The notes under the pieces are model-generated. The model worked only from the letters and a program-made list of their open reading frames with translations, was not told the origin of the DNA and did no database searches. A program made the translations under genes and the position numbers. From Leptogorgia sarmentosa (lineage: Eukaryota), in NCBI GenBank assembly GCA_964658305.1, contig OZ210885.1, forward strand, positions 15,004,001 through 15,068,000: a DNA stretch of 64,000 nucleotides. The letters are read 5' to 3'. Positions 38,431 through 50,365 of the stretch are shown one piece after another; the stretch's first letter is position 1; the number at the start of each line of letters is the position of its first letter.

Positions 38431-41400
38431 TCAGTTGTTAAAGGACAGTGGGAGATCAAGAAGTGTTATCATCTCCCACTCTTGTTGACTGAAAACTGTA
38501 TGTGAATCAACATTGACTTCTGATGGAGGACTCATGTTCACGCTACCAGTAGGGGGATTTGCGCTAAAGCACTCCACTTTGCAACAGAAATGAAATTTCC
38601 TTGGTACGGTGAAACTTTTACCATCCACCGTTTTATGAGGTGGTGTCCACCTTGCAACACAAGTGATCTTCATGTCACCCTTTGTGATCTCTTTGCGACA
38701 TGTTGGACATCGCGGTTTGGTATTTAACACATGCCTGGTTATGGACCACGTACAGGTACAGGTGTGGCTGCCTTGCTCCTTACATCCGCTGGAGTATGCG
38801 ACGTTGTCTGTTGGTCATCAAAAATGGTTTCAAGTTCGTGACCAGTGTACCCACGTTGATGCAGCAGTGGATTATCTTCCGTAACATGGCAATGGTTGAG
38901 CAAGAGCCAAATGGCGTGGCTACATACATCACGATCGTTACAATAACGGCAAGAACAGTTTGGTGTTCTACAAATTTCAACGTCATAGGTCGCACCCGAT
39001 GCAGTAGCCAGAGTGTAATGGTGCTCATGTTTGTCTATTACCACTTCACGCTTCACCGAGGGAGACTTCATTTTCTTCGCTATGTCTAGGACTCGTACAA
39101 AGTTCTTGCTGCGGGTCTTTCTTGTAGTACATGGCCTTTTCGTCGTTCGCACTGGCTTGCCGTGGAGGATCATGTCTATGAGATGCACGCTCGTCAACAA
39201 ATGCCACGCGTGTCTTTGGTTGTGGGGGAACAGCGTCATCCTGATCCATGTATGCTACAAGCTCTGCACTGAAAGCATGAGCACGTTTCTCTTGCTCGGC
39301 ATAACTTCTCTTCGACAACTCGCTCTTTCCAGGACCCTTGCCACTGTACAAGCCATGCTCATAAGATTGGAGATTAGAGCGCAGTTGAAGATTCTCTGCT
39401 ACGTCTTGCCTTGCTGCATCGAGCAGATCCAAGTAGACAGTACCACTATTCTTCCACGAAGAGTGACCACTCTCGGCCAAGTTGACTCGTGAAATACGTG
39501 CCATTTCCTTCGTTCCCACCACGTCCACCAATTTACCAGCTGTTTCATTGGGTACTTCTGCTGGAACATGTCTAAACGGTTCTTAGCAACATCAAACATA
39601 TTGGGAGTAGCACTCTTCAAAATACCTGTAAGATATATTATTGGAAAAGTAGATGAGGTAAAGGACAATATATTATTGGCAAGAGTAAACGGAAAAACGA
39701 AGACGAACCGCGCCAATCCTGATCAATTATGGCCATTATATATTATGTTGATTGAGCGGAGACCCCGCGGCCGAGTAGTTTACAATATACTATAGAAGGA
39801 AGCGTGTCAGAGTTACAGTATTAGCTATATTGCAGTAACTGTCCTTAAGCGCTTAATGTAAACGAGTGGTCTTGATTTGTCGTCTTAAGCGCCTGGGTAA
39901 ATTGAGAAACTGTACGCACTGTAATTTATGCGAAAATACAAACGGACGTGAGTCAAGTGACATAATCAAATTTTGCACAGACCCAAAGAGGAAACAATGT
40001 CTATGTCTGTGACGTACGCTGTGAGTTTACTGGACATACCATCAGCGATATCCACAAATTCTGCACGAACGTCAGCGCCGTAAGTTGATTCTATAGCGGT
40101 TTCATTCCTTTTAACAGTGAATTTCCAATGCTTTTCGCAGCTTATTGTCCTGTCGATTGCATCGGATGGCAATTTTTCAGGGATCGATGCCCACCATCCG
40201 CCTCCCTCATCTACCATGATCCCACTCGGATTGAACTTGTAATCCTTGTCAGCGTATAACTCTCCCAATGCAGTGTTTAGAAGTCTCCAAAAAACCCTGA
40301 TATTTTCCTTTCCTTCCGATTCTGTTTCCATGGTCACGAGCTTAACAATTTGTCTCAAGATCGGGTGATTTACCTGCAGTTTAGAAGGAAGTATTAGTTA
40401 TGACATCCTTTGGAGTTGAATCTAATTAATTTGGGCCAATCAAAACGTGCAAATGTTTTCTCAGAAGTGAACTAAGTACACAAGCTTGTGTAAAATCATT
40501 AATCTTAATTAAGCAACAAAAGGTATACACAAATCAAAACAGCGTATGTAAACATTTTCAAGACTAATTGTCGATGAACATTTAGCAGCTAATTGCAGCT
40601 TTCAATGACCACGTGCAACCAATCACAATTTGGAACGGTTCCAATTTATGGGACAATATTCTACAGGTAACGGATCGTATATATTTTGCAAAAAAACTGA
40701 GTCACTTACCCAAAGAGTTAAAGTAATATACCTAGGACACCGTTTGTGATTGCCATCCGCAAAACAAACTTCTTTCGACAGTATACCGTCTCCATCCTTG
40801 TCCATGCTCAAGGCCATTTGAAGCTGAGTTTCGCTGCTTTTGAAGACGTAAGATGGTCCGCCTGATAGCTGCCCATTCATCGCCTTGTAAACGAGGAACT
40901 TGTCCAACTTGTCAGTTGTGACTTTGTATTTTGCTAGAGCATCAAAACTATGCCCAGCAGAATTCATACTTTTCTTTACTTTTTCTTTCACCCGTAGTAC
41001 TTTATTTGGAGCTAAATCTGAAGCCAAATTCATGACGTCATTGAGGTTTTTCCCTTCCTGTACCGCCTGTATGATCTGGGCACTTGCATATGCTTTGAGA
41101 CCCAGTTTCTTGGCAGTTTTGAACGTGGCAGTTGCATTCTCTGAAGTTTCCATTGACATTTTATGGCTAGGACGTGGAACACATGTGTGTGTACCGTGAT
41201 GATAAATATCGACCACTCCATCTTTATCCTTGAACTCCCATACTTTACTTGCATGACAGGCAACATTCACTGCGGGTGCTCCACAACTATGGCAAACAGT
41301 TTCACCACCTTTGTTTTGAAACTGTACTCTATTCCTTTTGGAAAATTGCTTGAGATAAGGACATTCATCATTAACACATTCTGAAGATCCTTTGCATCTA

Positions 41401-42801
41401 GCTAATCTACGTACTCCGAAAAACCCACTTCTCCTGGAAGTCATAAATGCTGCCCATGGCCTTCCATCCTTAGAGGATTCCATTCTTGACTTCTTTTCAA
41501 ATGGAATTTGATACTTCACAAGGCCGTCTATGTCATATGGCAATTTGTCCACTTTCTGACATTCCACATCTGCCCAAAGTCGTGGGACAAGGGCAACCTT
41601 TGAATTCCTGCAACATAATAAAAACATGATTAACTTATTATATTAAATTATTTAGCAATTCCTTGCTTATGGGTTCAGAATTTGTTTTAATCTTTTATAC
41701 TCTGTGTACAAGCCATTTTTATTTTTTCACCAAATTGGGAGCAATTTCAAAATTGTCAATTTTTTATGCCCCCTGTAGAAAGAATTTGTGAAAAATTCAG
41801 GGGTCACCAAACAATTCATATAAACTGTTACATTGGCATGCTTTATAAATTAATGTGATGGCAGACTGAATTTAAAGTCATGTGCAATTACAACACTTTC
41901 ACGATCACTGCATTGTTACAGTACCTGGCCACAGGTGAGATATCGGCATCCTGTTCATCGAATAAATCTGGATCCAAAGAATACATTGAATCACTTGTAC
42001 TAAAATAAAGAACTTTCAGTTTCAAACATTTTATTTGAACTATAATGGCTTTGTCCTATGCATCCAATATTGTCCAAAATTAACTAATAAGTGTTTGCAT
42101 CATCCACATAATTTATGAAAATAATGCCTTAATTAATAATTAATTATGATTGTAGCAACAGATTTGCCACATGGAAATCCCAGTCATAGAATATGTACTG
42201 GCCTTTTGAGGCCCTTAATTTATGCATGTTTTTTGTTTATGTAACTTTTGCGGGCTTTTCCCGTTTTCTGACTTTTCATTGGACCGTCAGGCTAATCAGG
42301 GGGTAGGGGGGATTTATATTTTTTGTTGTTTTGTAAACGGGCGGAAAAGCATTCCTTTTTTACCGCTTAGTATTGTTGAGATTTTTAAATATATTACGTT
42401 TAAAGTACGTCTCAGCGTTGGTTAACTGCTGGAGAAGGGTCCCACAGTACAGGGCTTGATAGACCAGAATAGAATAAATATCAAAGACTAGCTGAGAGCA
42501 AGTAAAGGAATAGCCATGATAACATTGTAAGGTGATATAAAAGCAAATTTGACTTTTCGTCACAGCACACAACATCTCCAGGATGTCTGACATAAAACAG
42601 TATAATACTTACATATTTTCCTCTTCCGTATCAGTTGTACTTGCAAAAAGTTTCCGTACAGTTTCAGACTTCTGCTGCATCTTTCTCTTGCCAACCTGGT
42701 CGCAGTTCCTTGCCGGTGAATCATCAATCTTTAAAACAGATTTACTGATATTATCACTATTCTTGTTAGTAGATGTCATTATGAGGGTTCCCACGTTTAA
42801 C
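38431..42801 (-). pseudogene. Divergent MULE-type transposase, multi-exon and frameshifted; possible extra 5' exons at 56895-56513
   Basis: WRKY/GCM-like Zn domain (C.GS..C...C...C..C...C...H.GTH.C), FADGNH (D), IMVDEGG (D), CEKH (CxxH), NLAES (E) and a SWIM finger CSC...CSH. Confidence 0.72.
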
Positions 42802-44868
42802 TGAAGATAAAATTTAAGGTCCTTTTTCAGTAAAATAAATGACCTAAGAACTGGAAAAATCTTTGAAAATTATTTGAGTTTTATCACTTAATTAATTAAA
42901 GTGTACATAAAATGAAAATTTTCATTGCCTTATCTGAAAAAGCACAAAAAATAGCTAGCAGAAGGCACATTACAGTTCTTTGGCATAATTTTTAGTTCCA
43001 CAGTTATAATGATCAAAGTGACTATATGGCCGGCAGCCGGTCATGGTTTATCAAATACTAAATGGCCGGCAGTTTTTCTGCGCATGTCATTTGCTTGAAA
43101 TAGCCTGGGGACGAGTTTACTTGTTGTTTCAGCCACTTCCTGTATTTCTTCGCGGGAAATATAAATTTTCGCGGAATTCCTTCGATTCATGCTTTGATAA
43201 ATACGGTGCGATCATTTGCATTCTCTGACGGTAATTTTTTGAGTTGTTCAAGCGTGAAATTTATTAATATAAACATGAATTCTTTGCTGCGAGTTGTTGG
43301 TCTTAGAAATCCTATTGGAGGAAATATTTGCTTTATGAATGCAGTAATACAAGGACTGCTCGGAGTGCCTGACTTGGCTGCAGAAGCGAAGGGTCATACA
43401 CATGAAAAAACAAACCCATCAGGTAAGACTAATATATTTCTTTCGATATTTAATATAGTAATCTCAAAGGCCTAAAACTTCTTTCATTAAATTATAGGAT
43501 TCTGCTTTCTTTGTGAATTAAAATATGCATTGTCCTGTTTCCATACTATGACCAACGTTAAGCCGATACAACTATCATCGTTGTGGCAAGCACTTCCAGG
43601 TACGGTTTGGTGTTTCAAAATTTAGTATAGCCAACCCCAAACATCTCAAACATGTCTGTGTTGGCATAAGCCCAATAATAAGCCAAACTGAAAGAGTGAT
43701 TTGATTGGCCAATGGAATGCAAGTGTGGATAAACACCAAACTTTTCTGGTGTTATGATATAGGCTCGTCCCAGGGCTGAATCCAGCAAAGATGCCTTGGG
43801 AACAGGGATGGCCCTGAAAAAAAGAGGGAGTCCAAAACAACCCCTCCCTGTTCCCCTGCATGGCCATTTTAATTAGACGCACCAAACTGCAATGATCTTG
43901 TGTGACGACTGGAAGTCCTGCAACCTTTGGGGGCATAGGAAGCCAGGCAGTCTCGTTCCCCAAGCCTGCGATATCCTTGGGAAGGAAACAGAGGCTTTGC
44001 AATAATCTGTTGCCAGAAGCCAGGAATTCTGGCTAAGTTGAACTGCACATGTATTCCTTATCAGTGGCCAATCAGATTCCTACCTGAAACAGCCTTCGTT
44101 TCCTTCCCAAGGATAGCAGGCTTGGGGACTGAGATTGGAAGCTGGGGATTGAGATTGATAGCCCGGGGGGCTGCCCCCGTTCCCCCATTATAAATTCTCA
44201 ATAAATTGAAACATATTGTATATAATATTAATTAATAATGTATCTGCAATTGTCCATTTTTATTAATTTCATTTTTTGTGTATCAATATTTGTTGTGCTG
44301 AGCTTCCCAGGGGCATTTTCCTGTTGAGAGGTTCCATTTTCAAGCTATATCAGTGGCCTTGTTTATAGTTTCTTTAATATTCTGTCTAATATTTTATTTT
44401 AGAATTTGGAGGTCTTCAATATGGCTACCAACATGATGCACAGCAATTTTTACTTGGTGTATTAAAAAAATACCCAACACTGCAAAGTTTATGCCAAGGA
44501 GAGCTAATAACAAATGGTATGGGTATGATATATTTAACAATATAATTGAATGAGTTTGGGCATGATATGAAGAATTATCAAGCTGCTTGCTGTTTGCTGT
44601 TATTAGCCAAAGCAAACTGAGGGCTTGATAATTCTTCATATTGTGCATTTTTTATATTGACTCTTTCATGTCAATTTCCCAATGTGAATGTGAAAAATCC
44701 ATATTTGGTTAGCCAGTGAGTTGATATGGCAATTTCACAGTTGCCTGTTAGCCTGTTAGCCAATCAAAAACCAGGTTTTTTTTAAATAAATATTACCTCA
44801 TCACCATCTGCAGAAAACCAACTGACTTGTATTAACCTGTTCAGTGGCAGCACTCTTCCATTGTATAT

Positions 44869-44987
44869 ATATATTTAACAATTATACCATGAGCTCGAGT
44901 CGTATATGGCTGATAGCCAACTCGGCTGCGCCTCGTCGGCTATCAGCTCATATACGACTCGAGCTCATGGTATAATTGTTAAATATA
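44869..44987. repeat. About 118-bp hairpin (palindromic MITE-like) repeat
   Basis: TATTTAACAATTATACCATGAGCTCGAGTCGTATATG...CATATACGACTCGAGCTCATGGTATAATTGTTAAATA. Degenerate relatives at about 44530-44645, 48945-49060 and 62187-62240. Confidence 0.85.
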
Positions 44988-45084
44988 GTAATTCTTGTCA
45001 TTCACTAGTTACCTGTTACAAATGCAAAGGAAAGTCTGCAAGCAAGGATGAATTCAACTCTTTGTCTATTCCTTTGAAGGTGTG

Positions 45085-45250
45085 TAAGAACAAACTATTT
45101 GTTCATGCTACTCTGTGAGTGCAGACTCCACAACAGGCAAGTTGAAAATCAGCTTGACCACAGTGGGATATTCAAACTTGTAACCTTGGGTTTGCTAGTC
45201 CTGTGCTCTCCAACTGGGCTACAAGGTCAAGTCAGTTTGAGTTGGACTTA
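45085..45250 (-). mobile_element. Degenerate tRNA-derived SINE
   Basis: Minus strand reads TAGCCCAGTTGGAGAGCA (A box)...AGTTTGAATATCCC (degenerate B box), followed by a non-tRNA body. Confidence 0.55.
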
Positions 45251-46756
45251 GTACATACCCAAGGTTGTAAGTGATAAGATTGTATACATCATGTCTCCAA
45301 TTTTTTTTTGTAAAAATATAGTGCTACTCCTTATGTTGTGGGACAGGCAATTTTTAGCACCCCGAACCCTCCTTTGAAATAATGTTGTCAATTACTTTTA
45401 ATTGATTTTCTCTTTAATAAAGGCCAGTCATGAGGTATCACTCTGTGAATATCTGGCAGAATGCAAGATAGAAGGCTTGTCATACTGTGAAACGTAATGC
45501 TCAAATTTAATAGAAAACTGCCTTAAGTTAAGGACAAAATACTCAGTATTAGTACTACCAAAAAGGGTAACTAGTGATTTGCTATTTCCTAACCTCTTAT
45601 GATAGGTGTAGTGGTTTCTGATTGGCTCTCCTAATATTCGAGGTCTAGGGGTAGGGATAGCCAGAGAGGAGCTGTCAGTCAGAGAAAACGATGCAGTTTC
45701 CATAATCACCAATGACTTTTAATTTGTCATTTTAGATGTGGTTCAATGGATTAAAAATCCATGTTTAAGGATATAAGTAGACGTCCCAAAGTTTTGATTA
45801 TTCATTTAAATAGGTGTTGAATTTTAAATTGTTTTGTGTGTGAATTAAATAGTTTAATATCCCTATGTTTATAATATCTGTAAACTTCAGTAATTTTTGC
45901 CTTGCGCATTTGGTAACTTTTGCAGGCTTGAACAATTGCTTGCTTATAAACACGCGGACCATTACACGTATAACTTTTAATTGCCACTTGAAAATGATGC
46001 AAGAAGCATCGAAATGTCGTTGTAATAAGATAAAATTATTAGCGCTATTTTTAATAAGTATTAGCTATTAGTTTTGTATATATAATTAAACGCTGTTATA
46101 ATTTTATAGATTTGCTTTTCGCGAAGAAGAAATTGTGAAACTAGAAGATGAGTGTTTATTTCCTGAACATATATCTTTATCAGCATCACCATATCATTCC
46201 TTGGCTGACGACATTGATGTCAGTGATACTGTAAGAATACTAATAAACTAAGGCGTGTCAAAATTACTGTCTCTTGTCGATACAAATTACGTTAATTTTC
46301 CATTCAAATTTTAGGAGTCCTGGTACGAGCTTACAGGAGTTATTGTGCACCAAGGATCACAGGCACACAGTGGACATTATGTGGCCTATATAAGGAATAA
46401 AACCACAAATGAGTGGTTTTTGGCAGACAACGAAAAGGTCCATGCCCATGCAACATGATACATGTACTGTACTGATACATGTACTGTACTGTAAATTTGT
46501 TTCAAGAACAATTCGTATCTTAAAAAGATGATCCAAATCTAATCTTGTATTTTTACATAATTATTTACTATATTTAGATAACTGAATGCACATATTCAGA
46601 AGTCCAAAGGCAGCAGGCGTATATGCAACAAAGGTGCTTATTCCATGGCACTGAGTTTTCTTAAACGTATAAATAAATTAAGCCCCTGAATTAAACTATT
46701 AAAGTAATGCCCTGAAACTAGCTATAATTACATGCGATGTTTTATTGTTTTCTCAG

Positions 46757-49700
46757 TCCTCTACTAGATTGCCTGACAGAAAAGAAAAGCCGGTAGATGT
46801 GGCAAGTGAAAATGGTACAGTAGTAACTGCCTTCGTGTAATATGTCGTGCTATAAATGTTAAATTTGGTGCTTGCAAAAACTTAATTTGTTTTTTTGTTC
46901 ACAGATGAAGACAATATTGTATCTGGGTCTGGGGAGAAAACTGTTGTTGAGGGCTTTGGCCAGAAAATATCAAACCAAACACTCAATCTGTTAAGTCATG
47001 GTCATAGGTTGAATGACGAAGTGAGTTACAAACATCTACGTACAGCACTATAGATATGAATTTTATGTTATATAGTAGCAACATACTAATATAGTTAAAA
47101 CGTCAGTTATCTGTAAGTATTATGAATAACTACTCGGTCATTCACTTTTATAGATTATAAATTTCTATCTTAAGCTTTTGGACGAGTTTGCCTTCAACTA
47201 CATGGTAAAGTACAGTATAACTTACTATCTGTGTTATTACATGTATGCCACTGTTATACTCCACACTAGCTATATTGTTTGGCAAATAGAATAACAGCTA
47301 TTATTGCATAATAGCTCTGGATATGAGGTATTCTTTAAGTAAGCAGGATATTAGCTCATATCCTGCTAGTAGAGAAAAACAAAATGCCGGCTCAAACTGA
47401 ATTTCCGAAGTTTTGCGAGAAAAAAACCCCAAGTTGTTCGCTTTGTATAGCTTTTACATGATTAAAATAAGTTCAACGTACAGATCGGTAGCCTCGTGGG
47501 AATATAGTACAAATACGATATTTATACAGTGTATTCTCGCAAGGCTTCTGATGTGTTAAACCTATTTAAAATTATGATTTTTCCTTAAAAATGCTAAATG
47601 CCCCCGACCAGGATTCATAATAGTTTTGAAACGTTCTCTGATCGTAAAATTATATTAGATACTTTCTACCTACAGGGGGTTGCCAAAAAAAAAGAGCCCC
47701 CTTGTCTCACACGGAAATAAACAAGGTTTATATAAGTCATATTCCTTATGTCGTAAAAAAAGGATTGCACGACAAATGAGATGTAGAGAAATAGTCCTAT
47801 TTCACTCTAAGAACACAACATTTGGTAAGCAATATGATATCCGCAACCTTTGATGATCTGTGGACTGCACCCAAGGATGTTCTAGACAAGTCTATGAACG
47901 TATTCATGGTTGTTATTCTTCCAACCCTGACTCCTCAAATAACTACTCCTCAATTCGAGATGAACATTTCATATCTAGTCTTCTCTCCTGGCTCCGCAAC
48001 AAATTCTAAATGGGATTGGGATCTGGGCTTTGTGTTAGCAAAAGAACACTTCAATTTTCAATTAAAATTGATTCCTCAGATAATATTCCACAATACGAAT
48101 CGTTTCTAGGAGTCCTTTTCATGCCGCCATATTAAGTTATCTCCATTGAGTAATCGGACTGAAGATTGTTTGAATTAAACTTTTCGGTTTATTTTTGGCA
48201 GAGACGGCGTTTTAGTCCATGGTGATATTTGGTTACATATATGTGCGCTTTATTAGTGGCTGTGCGAGGTCAGCGATATTTGGGCAAACATTCGAAAGTT
48301 GATAATCTCTTAACAGCCACTCTCATCAAAAGCCTGTCTTCATGAATCCTTGTCTTGTGCGGTGTTCCAGAACCTGGCATTCATCCAGCAATCTCACTTT
48401 CCTTCATACGACTTTTTTTGCCCAAGAATAGCTGAGTCTATATTCGTTGCTACTTTCCAAGCACTCGTGTCTAGCCAAGCACTCGTGTCTAGCACGGGAT
48501 GAGTCCAATATTGAAGGTTTCTAGCTATCTTCTTCTTAGCCCTTTCTTCTCATTTGCTTCCTCAATGGCAACAGTTTCACATTGATTACAGTGAGATTGG
48601 CTAAAACCCATCACTTTTAGCACGAACTATTTGTTGAATGCTTGTGAGGCAATATATTTTATCCATACCGCATGTGCGTCTACATTTACACAAAAAGCCC
48701 TTTTTAAATAGGGGGGCTCTTTTTTTTTGGCAACCCCCTGTAGATATTACACTTTTATTAGATACGAGCTTTCGACTGCCAGTCTGCAGTCTTGGACAGG
48801 TAAAATGACACTATTTAATAGTGTCAGAACGTTTCAAAACTTTATTATCAATGATTTTTCCATTATTTTTAGCGCTCAAATTGTGGATTTATGATTATTG
48901 TCTGTGACAACCAGGCTGACAACCTTAATTGAATTAGCTGTTTAATAAAACAGTTATTCCACTCACTCTCGTCGAATATGCGCGATAGCCGATTCAACGC
49001 TAGGCGCCTCATCAGCTATCAGCTCATATTCCATTCGAGTTCGTAGAATAACTGTTATATGTATATTACTCTCTTTTACAGGACCAAATCAATAAGAAAT
49101 GTGCTTTTCTTGAAACCTTCTATTTTACCAAGTTTAAAAAAGAAGGATGGAGTAAATCATTCATTAGATGGCTTGAAAAGGTTACAATTTTTAACGGTTT
49201 CAAATGAAATCAATAAATAACACATACATAAACTTATATATGATTACATTATTACAGGGAGGTTGTTTCAACAAGGAGCAAATTTTCATACCAATTCATG
49301 ACAATCTCCACTGGACAGTTTGTGTAAGCAATTATATCTGTAAATAAAACATATATAGTAACCGCGAACAATATGTCATATTATATAATTATTTATACAT
49401 GGTTAATATCGTATTACAGGTTGTTAATAAGTCCCAATGTCAGATCACATATTATGATTCATTGCTGGAAGATAATGTTGTAGGATATACATGTTGCAAT
49501 CATTTGAAAACTGTTGGGTAATTATATGGTATTATGGTTGACGATACAGTTCTGATCATTGCCTTGTAGACTAGATGCATGCAGTTTATAGAAATATTTT
49601 CTACTTAATTGTCGTTTTTAGAGAATTATGCCTATAGGCCTACTAATGAAAAGTAACTAGGCTTATGTCATGGTTATATATTGTATTTCTTTCACCATCA

Positions 49701-50246
49701 TAAAAATGTCATTTTTTAGGCAACTGGTAGAAAATCTGTTTGAAGATGTTTCCGCTTCCGCTTGGAATTACAAGATTGCGCAAGTACAGTACACAAAATC
49801 TTTCAGTTCTCAATTCGTTCACTATTTGCTTATTGAACCTTAAGGCTGGACCAATTGTCCGACTATAGCTGTCCTACGGGGGTTCAAGCATCACAATATT
49901 TTTCTACATTAAATATAGGGGCTACCAAAACAAGGCAATGGTATTGATTGTGGAGTTTTCGTGTGTCAGGTATTGTGAATGAAAATTTGAACAAGTATTG
50001 AAACGTGTTGTATGTCATAATGTACCAAATATTTTTTCTACATTTCCCCTTGCAGTATATCAAATGTATCGTTACCGGCAAATCATTTTCATTTTCTCAG
50101 GTTAGTGCCATAATTCACAGATTTACACAATTTACTTATTTGAATTCTTCAAGATATAACATTTTGACTCATTCGTCATTCCAGTCTGACATTAAACAAC
50201 TACGTGAATCTATGGTTCAAGAAATTATGGCCAAGAAGTTATTCAG
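46757..50246 (+). CDS. Ulp1/SENP-like peptidase C48 domain (exons 10-19 of the MULE gene)
   Basis: RLNDEIINFYL, IFIPIHDNLHWT (His), YYDSL (Asp), QGNGIDCGVFVC (Gln/Cys). All introns are phase-compatible. Confidence 0.9.
47673..48740. mobile_element. Non-autonomous Tc1/mariner-like element in MULE intron 12
   Basis: About 30-bp TIR CAGGGGGTTGCCAAAAAAAAAGAGCCCCCT, flanked by TA on both sides. Confidence 0.85.
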
Positions 50247-50365
50247 GTGCAAAATGTTTGAGATTACTTGTACATTATACACTTCCTATTTTTTTTCTAA
50301 TTACTCCTAAATGACTGAAGTGTTACATAAACGGAAGTATACAAAATGTCATTGTTCTTTTCCAG

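Larger units (their letters stand above)
43275..46633 (+). pseudogene. USP/peptidase C19 deubiquitinase domain (exons 1-9 of the MULE gene; one stop, one frameshift)
   Basis: GLRNPIGGNICFMNAVIQ (Cys box), QHDAQQFL, CYKC...CETC, PKVLIIHLNRF, HQGSQAHSGHYVAY...W...DN (His box). Phase-compatible GT-AG introns. Confidence 0.88.

Noticed and set aside
43043..43228. Duplicated 61-aa ORFs here and at 54398-54583
   Set aside because: They are simply the two TIR copies.
45155..45228. Functional tRNA gene
   Set aside because: The B box and stems are degenerate and a non-tRNA body follows; treated as a SINE.
48765..48802. Penelope-type hammerhead ribozyme on the minus strand (GACTGC/GCAGTC stem followed by GAAA)
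   Set aside because: The CUGANGA core is not present (reads CUGUCCA); at most a degenerate remnant.
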